Program-made: the position numbers and the translations under genes
In this document: piece by piece, positions 9,315 to 19,051 of the stretch
Layout: every line of letters begins with the position of its first letter
Numbering within the stretch: position 1 is the stretch's first letter
Notes under the pieces: model-generated
Seen by the model: only the letters and a program-made list of their open reading frames with translations
The model's database searches: none
What the model was told of the DNA's origin: nothing
DNA from: a virus
Strand: one strand, 5' to 3'
IMG/VR virus record: IMGVR_UViG_3300019888_000003
Coordinates: 1 to 64,000 of that record
Length of the DNA: 64,000 nt

Positions 9315-9884
9315 ATGACAGCTGGAATCGACCTCGATGGTGCGGCCAGTGCTATCAAGCTCCTCCTGGAAGCCTTTGGTGTGGACGAGGGCGACCACAC
9401 AGCGAACACTCCAGAACGAGTGGCACGGGCATGGTCGGAGCAACTGATCGGCTACGAGGAGGACCCCGCTGAGCATCTGCGCACCACGTTCAGCGCCCCG
9501 GACGATCCCGGCCTGGTGATCGTGTCGGGTATCCACATGAAATCCACCTGTGCTCACCACTTGTTGCCCTTCTGTGGTTCGGCGACAGTGGCCTATCGTC
9601 CCAATCCCGGTCAGCGAGTGGTGGGGCTGTCCAAGCTCTCGCGCGTGTTGCACGGCTATGCTCGTCGCCTCCAGGTTCAGGAACGCATCGGAGCAGACAC
9701 GGTGGACGCGATCCACCGGATGCTCAACCCCTCGGGTATCGCCGTGATCATCACGGCTACTCACGATTGCATGAGGTTGCGCGGCGTGGGTGATGCCGAT
9801 GCCGTCACCACTACGGTGGCCAAGCATGGTTTGTTGACCGATGATGAGTGGCACGCCATTCGACAAGCACATTTTGGGCGTTGA
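9315..9884 (+). CDS. folE: GTP cyclohydrolase I
   Basis: TPERVA, CAHHLLPF, GLSKLSR, RRLQVQE, HDCMRLRG. Confidence 0.95.
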   Translation: MTAGIDLDGAASAIKLLLEAFGVDEGDHTANTPERVARAWSEQLIGYEEDPAEHLRTTFSAPDDPGLVIVSGIHMKSTCAHHLLPFCGSATVAYRPNPGQRVVGLSKLSRVLHGYARRLQVQERIGADTVDAIHRMLNPSGIAVIITATHDCMRLRGVGDADAVTTTVAKHGLLTDDEWHAIRQAHFGR

Positions 9885-9979
9885 CATGAATGCGCGAGAG
9901 GTGTGGCATACGTTTTGCGAAGGGATGATTCGCGCATATGCGTTCCCCCCTCCGGGTGTGGATGTGCCCAGGAAGGAGC

Positions 9980-10387
9980 ATGATGAGCGAGAACGACAAG
10001 GTCGAACTCACCGAAGCGCAGTTCAAGGTCCTCTCCCTGGTGCAGTCCGGAGCGAAGCCCGAGGACATCGCGAAGACCGTGCAGTTGACCAAGGAGCAGG
10101 TGCTCGAAGAACTCGCCACCGCCCTGGCCCTCAAGCACCCAGATAGCGATTCCTTCACAGCGCTGGAGTTGCAACGATTGGACACGCTCAATCGAGCGGC
10201 CTGGACGAAAGCGGTGACGGGCGATCTCGATGCTGTGCGGGTTGCCCTGTCGGTGAGTCAGCGCAGGGTGGCGCTGAAGGATCGAGAGGCAGCGCAGTGT
10301 CGATCCCTTACTCCTGCACAAGAATTGCAGAATTCCATGGATGAGCTACTGCGCCACACGATTGCCAGTAACGTGTCCAACAGCTGA
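9980..10387 (+). CDS. HTH protein, terminase small subunit-like
   Basis: N-terminal HTH; LELQRLD..W.KA..GD..AV..RR pattern. Confidence 0.55.
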   Translation: MMSENDKVELTEAQFKVLSLVQSGAKPEDIAKTVQLTKEQVLEELATALALKHPDSDSFTALELQRLDTLNRAAWTKAVTGDLDAVRVALSVSQRRVALKDREAAQCRSLTPAQELQNSMDELLRHTIASNVSNS

Positions 10388-10423
10388 CACTCAGCATCTC
10401 CGACCAAGCCCAAGGAGTTAGTC

Positions 10424-11314
10424 ATTACACATTTCACAGTGCTCGTGCTCGTGGACGACGACACCCCGGAATCCGATCTAGACGATGTCATAGCCGAACT
10501 GATGGCCCCGTACAGCGAGACCCTGGAGGTCGAGTCTCGTGATGACGAGGCCTACGATGCCGAGCGAGTGATCAAGGTACGGCAGCAGTACATCGAGTAC
10601 GCCGAGAAGAATGAGGATGTGCGGGAGACTCGCGAGCAGATTCTCGAAATGGACCCGTCTAAGCTGATCGAGAGCTGGACCGATCAGAAGTTTCGCATCG
10701 ACGAGCAGGGCGTCATTCATACTCAGACGACATACAACCCGCGCTCGAAATGGGACTGGTATCAGACCGGGGGACGGTTCTCCAGTCGCGCCCCGCTGCT
10801 GTTCGGCGGAGAGCAGGACTGTGATGGACGGTTGTCGGATATCGACTGGGACACTATTCGGGAACGGGCCAGGCTCGCTGCCATCGAGGCGTTCGATACC
10901 TACGAAAAGGCCACTAGGCACATCGAGCCCATCGCGACATGGGAATCCGTTCGGGGTAGGCACGAGGCAGACGGCACCGGAATCGACGGGGCGCGGGAGG
11001 AGTACCGGACGCACCCGTGGGTCGTGGCCATCGGAGAGGCGTTCGATCACATGTATTTCTTCGGAACGGATTTGCACGATTATTTTCACGTTGGTCAGGA
11101 GAATGCGCGCGAGGAGTTCATCGCGAACAAGGTAGCCGAGGCCGGAGTCTATTACAGCGTCGTCACGCCGGACGGAGAGTGGCATTCCAAGGGCGACATG
11201 GGGTGGTGGGGTATGGACACCGTGACCGATGCCGATTGGACTACCACCTTCCATAAAGAGCTGCAAGCGTTGCCGCAGACTACCTTCTTTCGGCTACTGG
11301 ATGTCCATATCTGA
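10424..11314 (+). CDS. hypothetical phage protein (possible ATT start; GTG 10439 is the alternative)
   Basis: THFTVLV start, YNPRSKWDWYQTGGRF, TPDGEW..GDMGWWG, C-terminal DVHI. Confidence 0.8.
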   Translation: MTHFTVLVLVDDDTPESDLDDVIAELMAPYSETLEVESRDDEAYDAERVIKVRQQYIEYAEKNEDVRETREQILEMDPSKLIESWTDQKFRIDEQGVIHTQTTYNPRSKWDWYQTGGRFSSRAPLLFGGEQDCDGRLSDIDWDTIRERARLAAIEAFDTYEKATRHIEPIATWESVRGRHEADGTGIDGAREEYRTHPWVVAIGEAFDHMYFFGTDLHDYFHVGQENAREEFIANKVAEAGVYYSVVTPDGEWHSKGDMGWWGMDTVTDADWTTTFHKELQALPQTTFFRLLDVHI

Positions 11315-11394
11315 AAGAAATAAAAAATCGGACAGGCCCCCTCTCGTCCGTTATTCTTTGAGTGAACCTGCGAGGGCGGGAGGGAGTTACCGTG

Positions 11395-11649
11395 ATGTGT
11401 GAAGCAACGTTTTTCGATGGACCGCTTCGGGGCCAGACTCGGGTGTTCGACCGTGCAGAGCCTCCGCCTCTCGTGTTCCTCAACGAGCCGATCATCGACC
11501 CCGGAGCTTCCCTTGATGCCCCCTTGGGCTTCAGGAAAATAACTTATGTCCGTGACGTGAACCCGTTTGTCGAAGGCTCGGCATGGGCATACATGCTGGA
11601 GACCGTCGATGAAACACAACGTCATAGCTCGGAATCAAAAAAGAAGTGA
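11395..11649 (+). CDS. hypothetical protein (FDGPLRG motif)
   Basis: RBS GGAGGGAG. Confidence 0.65.
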   Translation: MCEATFFDGPLRGQTRVFDRAEPPPLVFLNEPIIDPGASLDAPLGFRKITYVRDVNPFVEGSAWAYMLETVDETQRHSSESKKK

Positions 11650-11956
11650 ACTGGCCGTCGAGAGATCAATTCGATGCGCTGAGATCGTTCGTGTTCTTGT
11701 TGCTCTGTCCGAGGAAGTTGTTGCACTGGCAAATGGTGCGCCGACACTCAAGATCAGAGCAGCAGCGCTCGATCTCGAAGTCGATCTGGATCGAACCAGC
11801 GGTGTAGGTGCTGTTCTGGCTCAGTGCTATGCGGAGCGTGCTCTCCAGCTCTATGGCGGCACTCCCTGTCTTGCCACGCGGGCAGCGGTACTCTCGGCAC
11901 AGGCCGCGCGTAGTTTGGCGACTTCTCGATCCAAGAGAATGAATCCAGGAGCATGA
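11567..11956 (+). CDS. possible hypothetical protein, start uncertain
   Basis: fills the gap; ATGA overlap with the next gene. Confidence 0.35.
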   Translation: MSKARHGHTCWRPSMKHNVIARNQKRSELAVERSIRCAEIVRVLVALSEEVVALANGAPTLKIRAAALDLEVDLDRTSGVGAVLAQCYAERALQLYGGTPCLATRAAVLSAQAARSLATSRSKRMNPGA

Positions 11957-12474
11957 CAATGGTCCATCCGATATTGGCAGACGCTGAGGTCGCAAAATCG
12001 ACAGGCGGAATGATCGCCATTTATCCCTCGCAGGACTCCCTGGACGAGCTGGTGATCCCCGGTGGGGAGCCGCGTGAGGACATGCACATCACGTTGTGTT
12101 ACCTGGGTGAGGATGTCTCCGGGCTGACCAGTTCCTATGCGGCGCAGAATCTTGCCGAGGATATCGCGATGTGGTTGAACCCCTTGGTATGTCGGGTCTT
12201 CGCGCACGCCACGTTCAACCCCGACAACCACGAAGGGCGGGAATCCTGTGCGGTGTATCTAGTGGGCGACTCCGACGAGCTTCCGGTGCTCTACGCCGAC
12301 CTTCAGGCCGGGATCGGTGCGTTGTACGAGATTCCCAGGCAGCACACTCCGTGGTGCCCTCACATCACTGCCGGGTATGGGAAAACGGCTGCCGACCTTA
12401 CCTTCACCGGGGAGATCGTGCTGGACCGCATAGCGTTGAAATGGGCCGGAGAATCCTTCGACTACTCCCTATGA
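11953..12474 (+). CDS. 2H phosphoesterase (2'-5' RNA ligase / Acb1-like)
   Basis: two HxT motifs: MHITLCYLG and PHITAGY. Confidence 0.85.
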   Translation: MTMVHPILADAEVAKSTGGMIAIYPSQDSLDELVIPGGEPREDMHITLCYLGEDVSGLTSSYAAQNLAEDIAMWLNPLVCRVFAHATFNPDNHEGRESCAVYLVGDSDELPVLYADLQAGIGALYEIPRQHTPWCPHITAGYGKTAADLTFTGEIVLDRIALKWAGESFDYSL

Positions 12475-12505
12475 ATTTTTAGTGTCAACACTAAGGTAGG
12501 TAAGT

Positions 12506-12901
12506 ATGGCGTTCTGGGGATTCGACTCCGATGTGTTCAGAGGAGAAGAGAACAACCACCGGCTCACTGTGACCAATGCGGTGGCGACGGGCATCGGTGT
12601 GGGTGGGTTCATCTATCGCTCCGGGGCGATGTTGTTTTCCGAGACCTACGCCACCATCCAGGAGGCGATGGACGACCTTGCGCGTCGGGCTCGTGAACAC
12701 GATTTCGTTCTTCATATGCCACAGCCGGATCTGGGCGATCCGTTCTCTCCCGACGTCGAGGCATTCATCAGGGATGCCGTCGAGCGGGTGGAAACCGGGT
12801 ATCGGCTCGATGACGCGGATACCGAAGCCATCCACGTCATCGTCGCCACCGCGCAGCAGTACGAGGACCTCCATCACGCTGTCATTCAGGAGAGCACATG
12901 A
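12506..12901 (+). CDS. hypothetical protein
   Basis: ORF with RBS; overlap with the next gene. Confidence 0.7.
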   Translation: MAFWGFDSDVFRGEENNHRLTVTNAVATGIGVGGFIYRSGAMLFSETYATIQEAMDDLARRAREHDFVLHMPQPDLGDPFSPDVEAFIRDAVERVETGYRLDDADTEAIHVIVATAQQYEDLHHAVIQEST

Positions 12902-13380
12902 CCTATACAGCACCGTTCGCAATCTGGGCATCGGCAAAATCTTTTTCTGAGGGTGAGGACCCTGTTCTTGAATCCGATGGGGCACGCAACGCCACCATTG
13001 CGCTCGCTCGTCAACACATCGTGGCAGGAGAAATTCCCGGCAGTGTGTTGATCTGCTCGACCGATCTCAAGACATCGAACCTCATCGAGCGGTGGGTGCC
13101 GATGGGATACGTCTCCGAGCGCAACTACGAGCCGATGTCGGCCAAGCAACGCCCTAAGTACATCAAGGCACGACTTCGGGCACTGACGCCCACCAACGGG
13201 CAGGCACCCGAGCCACCGGACATCCCGGAACCACTGCCACCCGATCCGCAGGAGTTCGTTCTCAACCTGGACCCCAAGGTTGCCATGCTGTTCCGTGACA
13301 CCTTTACGCTCGTGGCCCAGGGTCATCGGGTGACGGTGCAGCTCCAGCTTCCGGAGACGATGCCACAGCAGCCCAACTAG
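12898..13380 (+). CDS. hypothetical protein
   Basis: ATGA overlap. Confidence 0.7.
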   Translation: MTYTAPFAIWASAKSFSEGEDPVLESDGARNATIALARQHIVAGEIPGSVLICSTDLKTSNLIERWVPMGYVSERNYEPMSAKQRPKYIKARLRALTPTNGQAPEPPDIPEPLPPDPQEFVLNLDPKVAMLFRDTFTLVAQGHRVTVQLQLPETMPQQPN

Positions 13381-13448
13381 GCGGTCTACCCTCGCAGATG
13401 CCCTGTTGCTCGACATAAAGAGCAGCAGACGTTGAGGGAGTTGTGTCG

Positions 13449-16400
13449 ATGAAAAAGACTCTGAGCATCAAGTTCGGGCGTTCGGTCTCCTCGACGACGA
13501 GTCGACCGGACTCCTTGGAAGTTGTCGTCACCCCACTCAACAGCGCGAACAATCCCACGCTCAATGCCACCTACGTCGCGGAGAAGCAGGTCCAGAAGAC
13601 CTTGTTGGCCAATGCGACCAACATCGTGACGTTCGATTTGACTCCCACCTACGAAGCTGGTCTCACCGAGCCGATCTTCTATCGTCTGGCGTGGCGCAAG
13701 AGTTTCCTTGGGCGCATTTCTGAGACCGACTTTTCGATGCCGGATCACGATGTCGACTTCGAAGATCTCGGAGACCTCGGAAATATTATTCAAGGAACCA
13801 ACTATCTCCGCGAAGACGATCTCGGTGTGGCGGGGCGAGTGGCGCGCCTGGACAGCAACGGCAACCTCGTGGACGGCAACGGCAACATCGTCGGAGCGAC
13901 AGTTCTGGACGGTGTTAATGTCCTGATCGCTCAGGAGATTCGAGATCGACAATCTGCCGATGCCGGTGTCAGCCGAGACCTCACGCTGCGCCTGGAGACG
14001 CAGATCAACTCGGTCCTGAACACCACGGCGGTCAATCTGGCGAGCGAGGTGCAGGGCCGCAATGCCTCTGTCGCCGCAGAGGCATTGGCTCGCTCTCTCG
14101 CGGACAACGTTCTCGGTGCCCAGGTCAATACACTTACGTCCACGACGGCGCAGCGTTTCACCGACACCAATGTCGTTCTCGCCGCACACACCTCGGCATT
14201 GGCGCTCAAGGCCGATCTGGTCAACGGCAAGGTAGCCACGTCACAGATTCCAGCGCTCGCCACCGGTACCGCCGTGGCCGTGGCCGACGAGGCGGCGATG
14301 CTCGCTCTGACCCCGACACAGGTACAGAACGGCGACCTTGCGGTGCGTCCCGAGGGTACCTGGATGCTGGTCGGGGCAGACCCCGCCGTGCTCGCGAACT
14401 GGATTCAGACTTCCAATCCTGCTGGTGGCGTGCAGATGGTCAACGGCCAAGTCGGGATCATCACGCTCTCTGCGGTGGATGTGGGAGCGCGAAGCGCCGA
14501 CGTCGCCGTCCCCATGAACGATGTGAACGGTCTTACTGCCGCGTTGGCACTCAAGGCGACCACTACTGCCTTGGCGACGACGAACACCGGACTCGCGATT
14601 CAGACGGGGCGCATCGACGCGCTCACTACCAGCCTGACGACGTTGGACGGGGTGGCGGTAAAGCTCGTCGGGGGCGTCATTAACACCACTTATCTTGCTG
14701 CGGACGTGCCGCGCGTGGACATCAACAACCAGTTCCTCCGTAAGGATGGCACCGTCATTCCCATCGCGGGTGGTGGTGGCGGCGGTGACGTCACGATGGT
14801 CAACGGCAAGACCGGCAACGTGGTGCTTCAGCCCTCTGATATCGGCGCACGGTCGGCATCGGTGCCTGTTCCACAGGCTGACATCGACAACCTCGCTGCG
14901 ACACTATCGCTCAAGACCGATGTCGCCACCACGCAAGCACTCGCCACTCGTGTTTCGCGTAACGAGGTGGACATCGCCGACCTTCAGGCTGGCGGCGGAG
15001 GGACGGGAGGCGTGTCGTCCAAGACGACGGTGTCGTGGGTGGCCGATGCGGGTACTGCTCCGCAGAACGTTCTCGTCAAGTCGCCGTTCGGTATCGCTGC
15101 GGGTTCTCCGTACTACGATCCCAACGGTGCACTGGAGGGTGAGGCGGCCTATCCCTACATCGATTCGAACGGTCATCTCACGCTGCGCCAGCTCGACCCA
15201 CTGGCCACCCCGGAACCAGCTCCAGTCAATCCGACCGATTTCAACACTCTGACGGGCCGTGTCACGTCTTTGGAGACGGGCAGTGCAAAGCCTGCGGGAG
15301 GATGGCTCAAGGCCGACCTCGTCCAGGCGGTGCAGGACGATCTGACGTCGATCGAGGGCGCTACGTCTTCCTCTACGAACAACTCGATTGTGGTGCGCAA
15401 CGCAGCAGGTACCTTTGCGGTGACGGAGCCTACTGCCACTGGACATCCCTCGACGAAGAATTACGTCGACACCGCGCTCGCCCTCAAGGCCACTACGGCG
15501 AGTGTGACTGCGCTGACGACCACAGTGAACGGCAAGGCACTCGCGAGCGATCTCACCACGCTCACCGGGCGCGTGACCAACGTCGAGAACACCATGCCCA
15601 CCAAGGCCGACTTGGATGTGTCCAGTCACGTTCCCTTGGGGCAGATTCCGACCTTGCCGGGATCACAGGTCACCGGATTTTCTCTCAAGGCCGATCTGGA
15701 CGGTGCGGGTGGCAAGTTGTTGCTCACTCAGGTGCCCACCGGCATTCCACAGGCTTCCATCTCGGGGCTCGTCGCTTCACTTACCGCCAAGGCCGACTTG
15801 GTGGGTGGATTGATACCGACTGCCCAGATTCCGGCGTTGGCGACGCAGGAGGTCTATCCGGTGGCCAACCGTGCGGCCATGCTGGCACTGAGTACGGCAC
15901 AGGTGCAGCGCGGCGACATGTCGGTTATCACCAGTGGTGCAGACCAGGGTTCCTACATCCTCAACTCCTCGGACCCCAGCCAGTTCGCGAACTGGGTGCT
16001 GCTGCAAACTCCGGCTGGCTCGGTGCAGACGGTCAACGGTCAGTCCGGCACTGTGGTGCTGGGGGCCGCTGACGTGGGAGCGCGTCCGAGTGCTACCCCG
16101 ATTCCCGAATCCGACATCACCAACCTGGTCACCGACCTGGCAGCGAAGTCGGCGACGACCTATGTCGACGCCCAGGTGGCGACTCGGACGACCCCGGCTG
16201 CTGTCTCGACGCAGATCGCGGCCCAGGGGCAGTCCAAGTTCGCCGCCGACGTAGTGGCGACAGGAGCGGTGACGCTCTCGGGTGCTCAAAGTATCGACGG
16301 TGCATTGCGTGGCGCGGGTATCAAGGCGCTGCTCACCGCGCAGGCATCCTCGGCACAGAACGGATTGTGGACCATCGCGGCGGGCGCGTGGACACGTGCG

Positions 16401-16892
16401 ACCGATCAGGTGAGTGGGTCGACGTTCATGCCTGCCAGCCTCGTCATGATCAAGAGCGGTACGGCGAACTCGAACTCGATCTGGCAGCTCACCACTGTCA
16501 CGTCAGGTTCGGTCGACACCAACGCGCAGGCATGGTCCAAGATCCTTCAGGGTGGTCCGCCTTCGGTGTACACACCGGGTAACGGCATCGACATCACCGG
16601 CAACGTCGTCAGTGTCAAGAATGGTCCCGGCTTGATCGCGGACGGCACCAACCTTCGCCTCGACACCACGGCGGTGATGCGCGGTATCGCCGTGGACGTT
16701 CCTGCCGGGTCGACCACTCCGACGATCACACACAACCTGAACACCTTGAACATCTGGGGGTTCGTGCGGGAGAAGTCCTCCGGCGACATTCAGTTGGTCG
16801 GCACCACGGCGGTGTCGGTGAACAGTGCGTCGATGGAGTTCGGTGCAGCTCCGGTGGACCAGCAATATTCGGCGATTATTTTTGGCTGGTGA
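13449..16892 (+). CDS. large fibre-like virion protein
   Basis: repeated KADL(V)GG..Q.P and VNG.(T/S)G.V.L modules, coiled coils, QNGLW..AWTRATD, THNLNT end. Confidence 0.8.
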   Translation: MKKTLSIKFGRSVSSTTSRPDSLEVVVTPLNSANNPTLNATYVAEKQVQKTLLANATNIVTFDLTPTYEAGLTEPIFYRLAWRKSFLGRISETDFSMPDHDVDFEDLGDLGNIIQGTNYLREDDLGVAGRVARLDSNGNLVDGNGNIVGATVLDGVNVLIAQEIRDRQSADAGVSRDLTLRLETQINSVLNTTAVNLASEVQGRNASVAAEALARSLADNVLGAQVNTLTSTTAQRFTDTNVVLAAHTSALALKADLVNGKVATSQIPALATGTAVAVADEAAMLALTPTQVQNGDLAVRPEGTWMLVGADPAVLANWIQTSNPAGGVQMVNGQVGIITLSAVDVGARSADVAVPMNDVNGLTAALALKATTTALATTNTGLAIQTGRIDALTTSLTTLDGVAVKLVGGVINTTYLAADVPRVDINNQFLRKDGTVIPIAGGGGGGDVTMVNGKTGNVVLQPSDIGARSASVPVPQADIDNLAATLSLKTDVATTQALATRVSRNEVDIADLQAGGGGTGGVSSKTTVSWVADAGTAPQNVLVKSPFGIAAGSPYYDPNGALEGEAAYPYIDSNGHLTLRQLDPLATPEPAPVNPTDFNTLTGRVTSLETGSAKPAGGWLKADLVQAVQDDLTSIEGATSSSTNNSIVVRNAAGTFAVTEPTATGHPSTKNYVDTALALKATTASVTALTTTVNGKALASDLTTLTGRVTNVENTMPTKADLDVSSHVPLGQIPTLPGSQVTGFSLKADLDGAGGKLLLTQVPTGIPQASISGLVASLTAKADLVGGLIPTAQIPALATQEVYPVANRAAMLALSTAQVQRGDMSVITSGADQGSYILNSSDPSQFANWVLLQTPAGSVQTVNGQSGTVVLGAADVGARPSATPIPESDITNLVTDLAAKSATTYVDAQVATRTTPAAVSTQIAAQGQSKFAADVVATGAVTLSGAQSIDGALRGAGIKALLTAQASSAQNGLWTIAAGAWTRATDQVSGSTFMPASLVMIKSGTANSNSIWQLTTVTSGSVDTNAQAWSKILQGGPPSVYTPGNGIDITGNVVSVKNGPGLIADGTNLRLDTTAVMRGIAVDVPAGSTTPTITHNLNTLNIWGFVREKSSGDIQLVGTTAVSVNSASMEFGAAPVDQQYSAIIFGW

Positions 16893-16898
16893 TGAGTT

Positions 16899-17618
16899 GT
16901 GTCAAGTTTAAAGTACATCGGTAAGGCCATCGACGTTGCTGCTGCTCTGTCGACGAAGTCCTACGTGGATTCCGTGCAAGCGACGTCGTTGTCGCAAGCG
17001 GCAGTGGACACTTCGGTCAATTCGCAGTTCGCCTCCTACGCGGTCAAGACCTATGTCGACTCTCAGGATGCGCTCAACGCTCTGACGAGTTACGTGGACA
17101 GCCAGGACAATCTTCGACTCAAGCTTGCGCAGAAGAACGTGGCGAACGGAGTTCCGGGGCTCGACGCGAACGGCAAAGTGTTGGCCAGCAAGCTCAACGT
17201 CGCGGTCACGCAGCGCAACAATCGAATGTTCTGGAGTCCCTCGTCCTACCCCGGTTCGAACATCGATGTTTTCAGCGGAACGACAGTCCTCTACACCTGT
17301 GCGGTCAGTGACCCAGGCTATTCGTACAAGATGCTGTGTTTCGCCAGTCACGAGGTGCACTCCGCCGATATTTCCACCTATCCCATTGTCGAGGTTCGGG
17401 TTGGCAGCTCCGGTGGACAATTGATTGCGCAGGGGTGGGGGCCAGCCGATGCGACTTACTGGACCGGTGTGAGCGTCGAACCGTTTGCCGTGAACACTCA
17501 GACGATCAAGACTGGCGCAACGACGCTCTATGTGACGCTGCATCAAGGCGGGAGCAATGGTCAGGTGACTGTCTCGACATACAAGCCGTATTTCTACGTG
17601 ATGGCCATACCTAGCTAG
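16899..17618 (+). CDS. minor virion/fibre protein, paralog 1
   Basis: SSLKYIG start, YVD repeats, ANGVPGLDANGKV. Confidence 0.75.
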   Translation: MSSLKYIGKAIDVAAALSTKSYVDSVQATSLSQAAVDTSVNSQFASYAVKTYVDSQDALNALTSYVDSQDNLRLKLAQKNVANGVPGLDANGKVLASKLNVAVTQRNNRMFWSPSSYPGSNIDVFSGTTVLYTCAVSDPGYSYKMLCFASHEVHSADISTYPIVEVRVGSSGGQLIAQGWGPADATYWTGVSVEPFAVNTQTIKTGATTLYVTLHQGGSNGQVTVSTYKPYFYVMAIPS

Positions 17619-17628
17619 GGAGGAAGAT

Positions 17629-18219
17629 TTAAATATGTGTCCAGGTCTTTCTCTTGATCACGTTGTGAATGCATTGGTAGCTGACATCGAATGTTCGGCC
17701 AAGTTCGGCCTGAGTGATTCCTCCGGCGCTGTAGATGCGACGGATTTCGAGCACGTTCTCTTCGGTGAGCCTGGCATGAGGGTGGTCGATCCCTTTGCAC
17801 ATCAAACCGCGTTCGGTGGCCTCGGCGATATTTTCTCGGTGAGTCCCAAGGTGGAGGCATCGAGGGTGAACGCAGATTGGCCTATCACAGTGATGAAGAA
17901 TGTAAAGACCTTGAGGGATGGGGCCGTGGTAAATGCGGTAAGAGGCTCTGATTGCTGTAACTACATGGTTTTCTGCCCAAAAATGTCCATATCCTTTGTC
18001 ATTCGTTCCTCTTGTCCAGTCCCAGCATCCGTTTTCGGGGGGTTCACCGGGCATGAACCAAGCGAATGCTTCAGCCTCGGTCAGTCCCGAAGGTGCACGA
18101 AGTGTACCGGGGTTCATCGGGTCACCTCGGTAGTACCAGCGCTGATAGTGCATACCGCACCAGCTTCGGGCAAGGACCGGCTTGAGGCAATTTGGGATGG
18201 AGCACGTAGAATCAGTCAT
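17629..18219 (-). CDS. HNH homing endonuclease
   Basis: CSIPNC..WCGMHYQRW, CWDWT, HHCDRPICVHPRCL, C-terminal HTH; start M at 18219. Confidence 0.9.
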   Translation of the reverse strand: MTDSTCSIPNCLKPVLARSWCGMHYQRWYYRGDPMNPGTLRAPSGLTEAEAFAWFMPGEPPENGCWDWTRGTNDKGYGHFWAENHVVTAIRASYRIYHGPIPQGLYILHHCDRPICVHPRCLHLGTHRENIAEATERGLMCKGIDHPHARLTEENVLEIRRIYSAGGITQAELGRTFDVSYQCIHNVIKRKTWTHI

Positions 18220-18310
18220 ATCGACACTCACCTGTCGGTCGTGCCCCGGCCTGTTTCCGCAGGTGCGGGGCGTTCTACTCCCATAGTAGTCGTGAGAGGA
18301 GGGGTGAACC

Positions 18311-19045
18311 TTGTCCTCACTTAAGTACAAGGGGAGGCCAGCTGATACCGACTTCTCTATCCCCAGCAAGCAATTCGTAGACGACCGATTCGCCACGATC
18401 GGGGTCAACCAGGCCTATGTCGATGCTGCCGTGGCGGCGCAGACCGGAGTTCTCGCTCTCAAGACCTATGTGGACACTCAGGATGCCACCAAGGCTAGGA
18501 AAACTACGGTGGACACGGCGGACACCGGGTACATCCTGGCGACCGCACGCGGGGCCGCAAGCGGCATAGCATCCCTCGGCGCGGACAATCTGGTCCCGGC
18601 TGGGCAGGTGCCAACGTCTATACCCGACCGCTCCATAGTCGTTGTTCCTACCGGAACGCAATATCTCAGCGGTACGCAGGGAGTGTCCAGCACGACAGTG
18701 AAGACCTATCGCGCGGCCAGTCTGACCATTACTGATCCCGGTTGGCCGTATGTGATGTTCTCGTTCGCCACGGTGCGGGGGTTCGCTTCGGCGGCAGGCA
18801 ATTGGGGTCAGGGTGTCATTCTCGACCCCTCGAACAACGGCTGGACGGGTGTAGGCGTTACCGGGGACAACACCAATATTCAGAGTTATCAGATCATGCC
18901 GTACGCAGCGGCTTCACAGGCGGCTTATGGATTGAGTGGCGGGAGGACACTGGAGTTGTGGCTTTCGCTGTACTCCGGGAGTGGAACCTTTTATTTCCAG
19001 AGCACAGGTTTCGTCTTTTATGCGCTACTACTGCCATCGCTGTAA
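18311..19045 (+). CDS. minor virion/fibre protein, paralog 2
   Basis: SSLKYKG start (TTG), YVD repeats, ASGIASL. Confidence 0.75.
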   Translation: MSSLKYKGRPADTDFSIPSKQFVDDRFATIGVNQAYVDAAVAAQTGVLALKTYVDTQDATKARKTTVDTADTGYILATARGAASGIASLGADNLVPAGQVPTSIPDRSIVVVPTGTQYLSGTQGVSSTTVKTYRAASLTITDPGWPYVMFSFATVRGFASAAGNWGQGVILDPSNNGWTGVGVTGDNTNIQSYQIMPYAAASQAAYGLSGGRTLELWLSLYSGSGTFYFQSTGFVFYALLLPSL

Positions 19046-19051
19046 GGGGAG

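Noticed and set aside
17619-18310. group I intron around the HNH genes
   Set aside because: Flanking genes are complete with their own starts and stops; no intron core recognised
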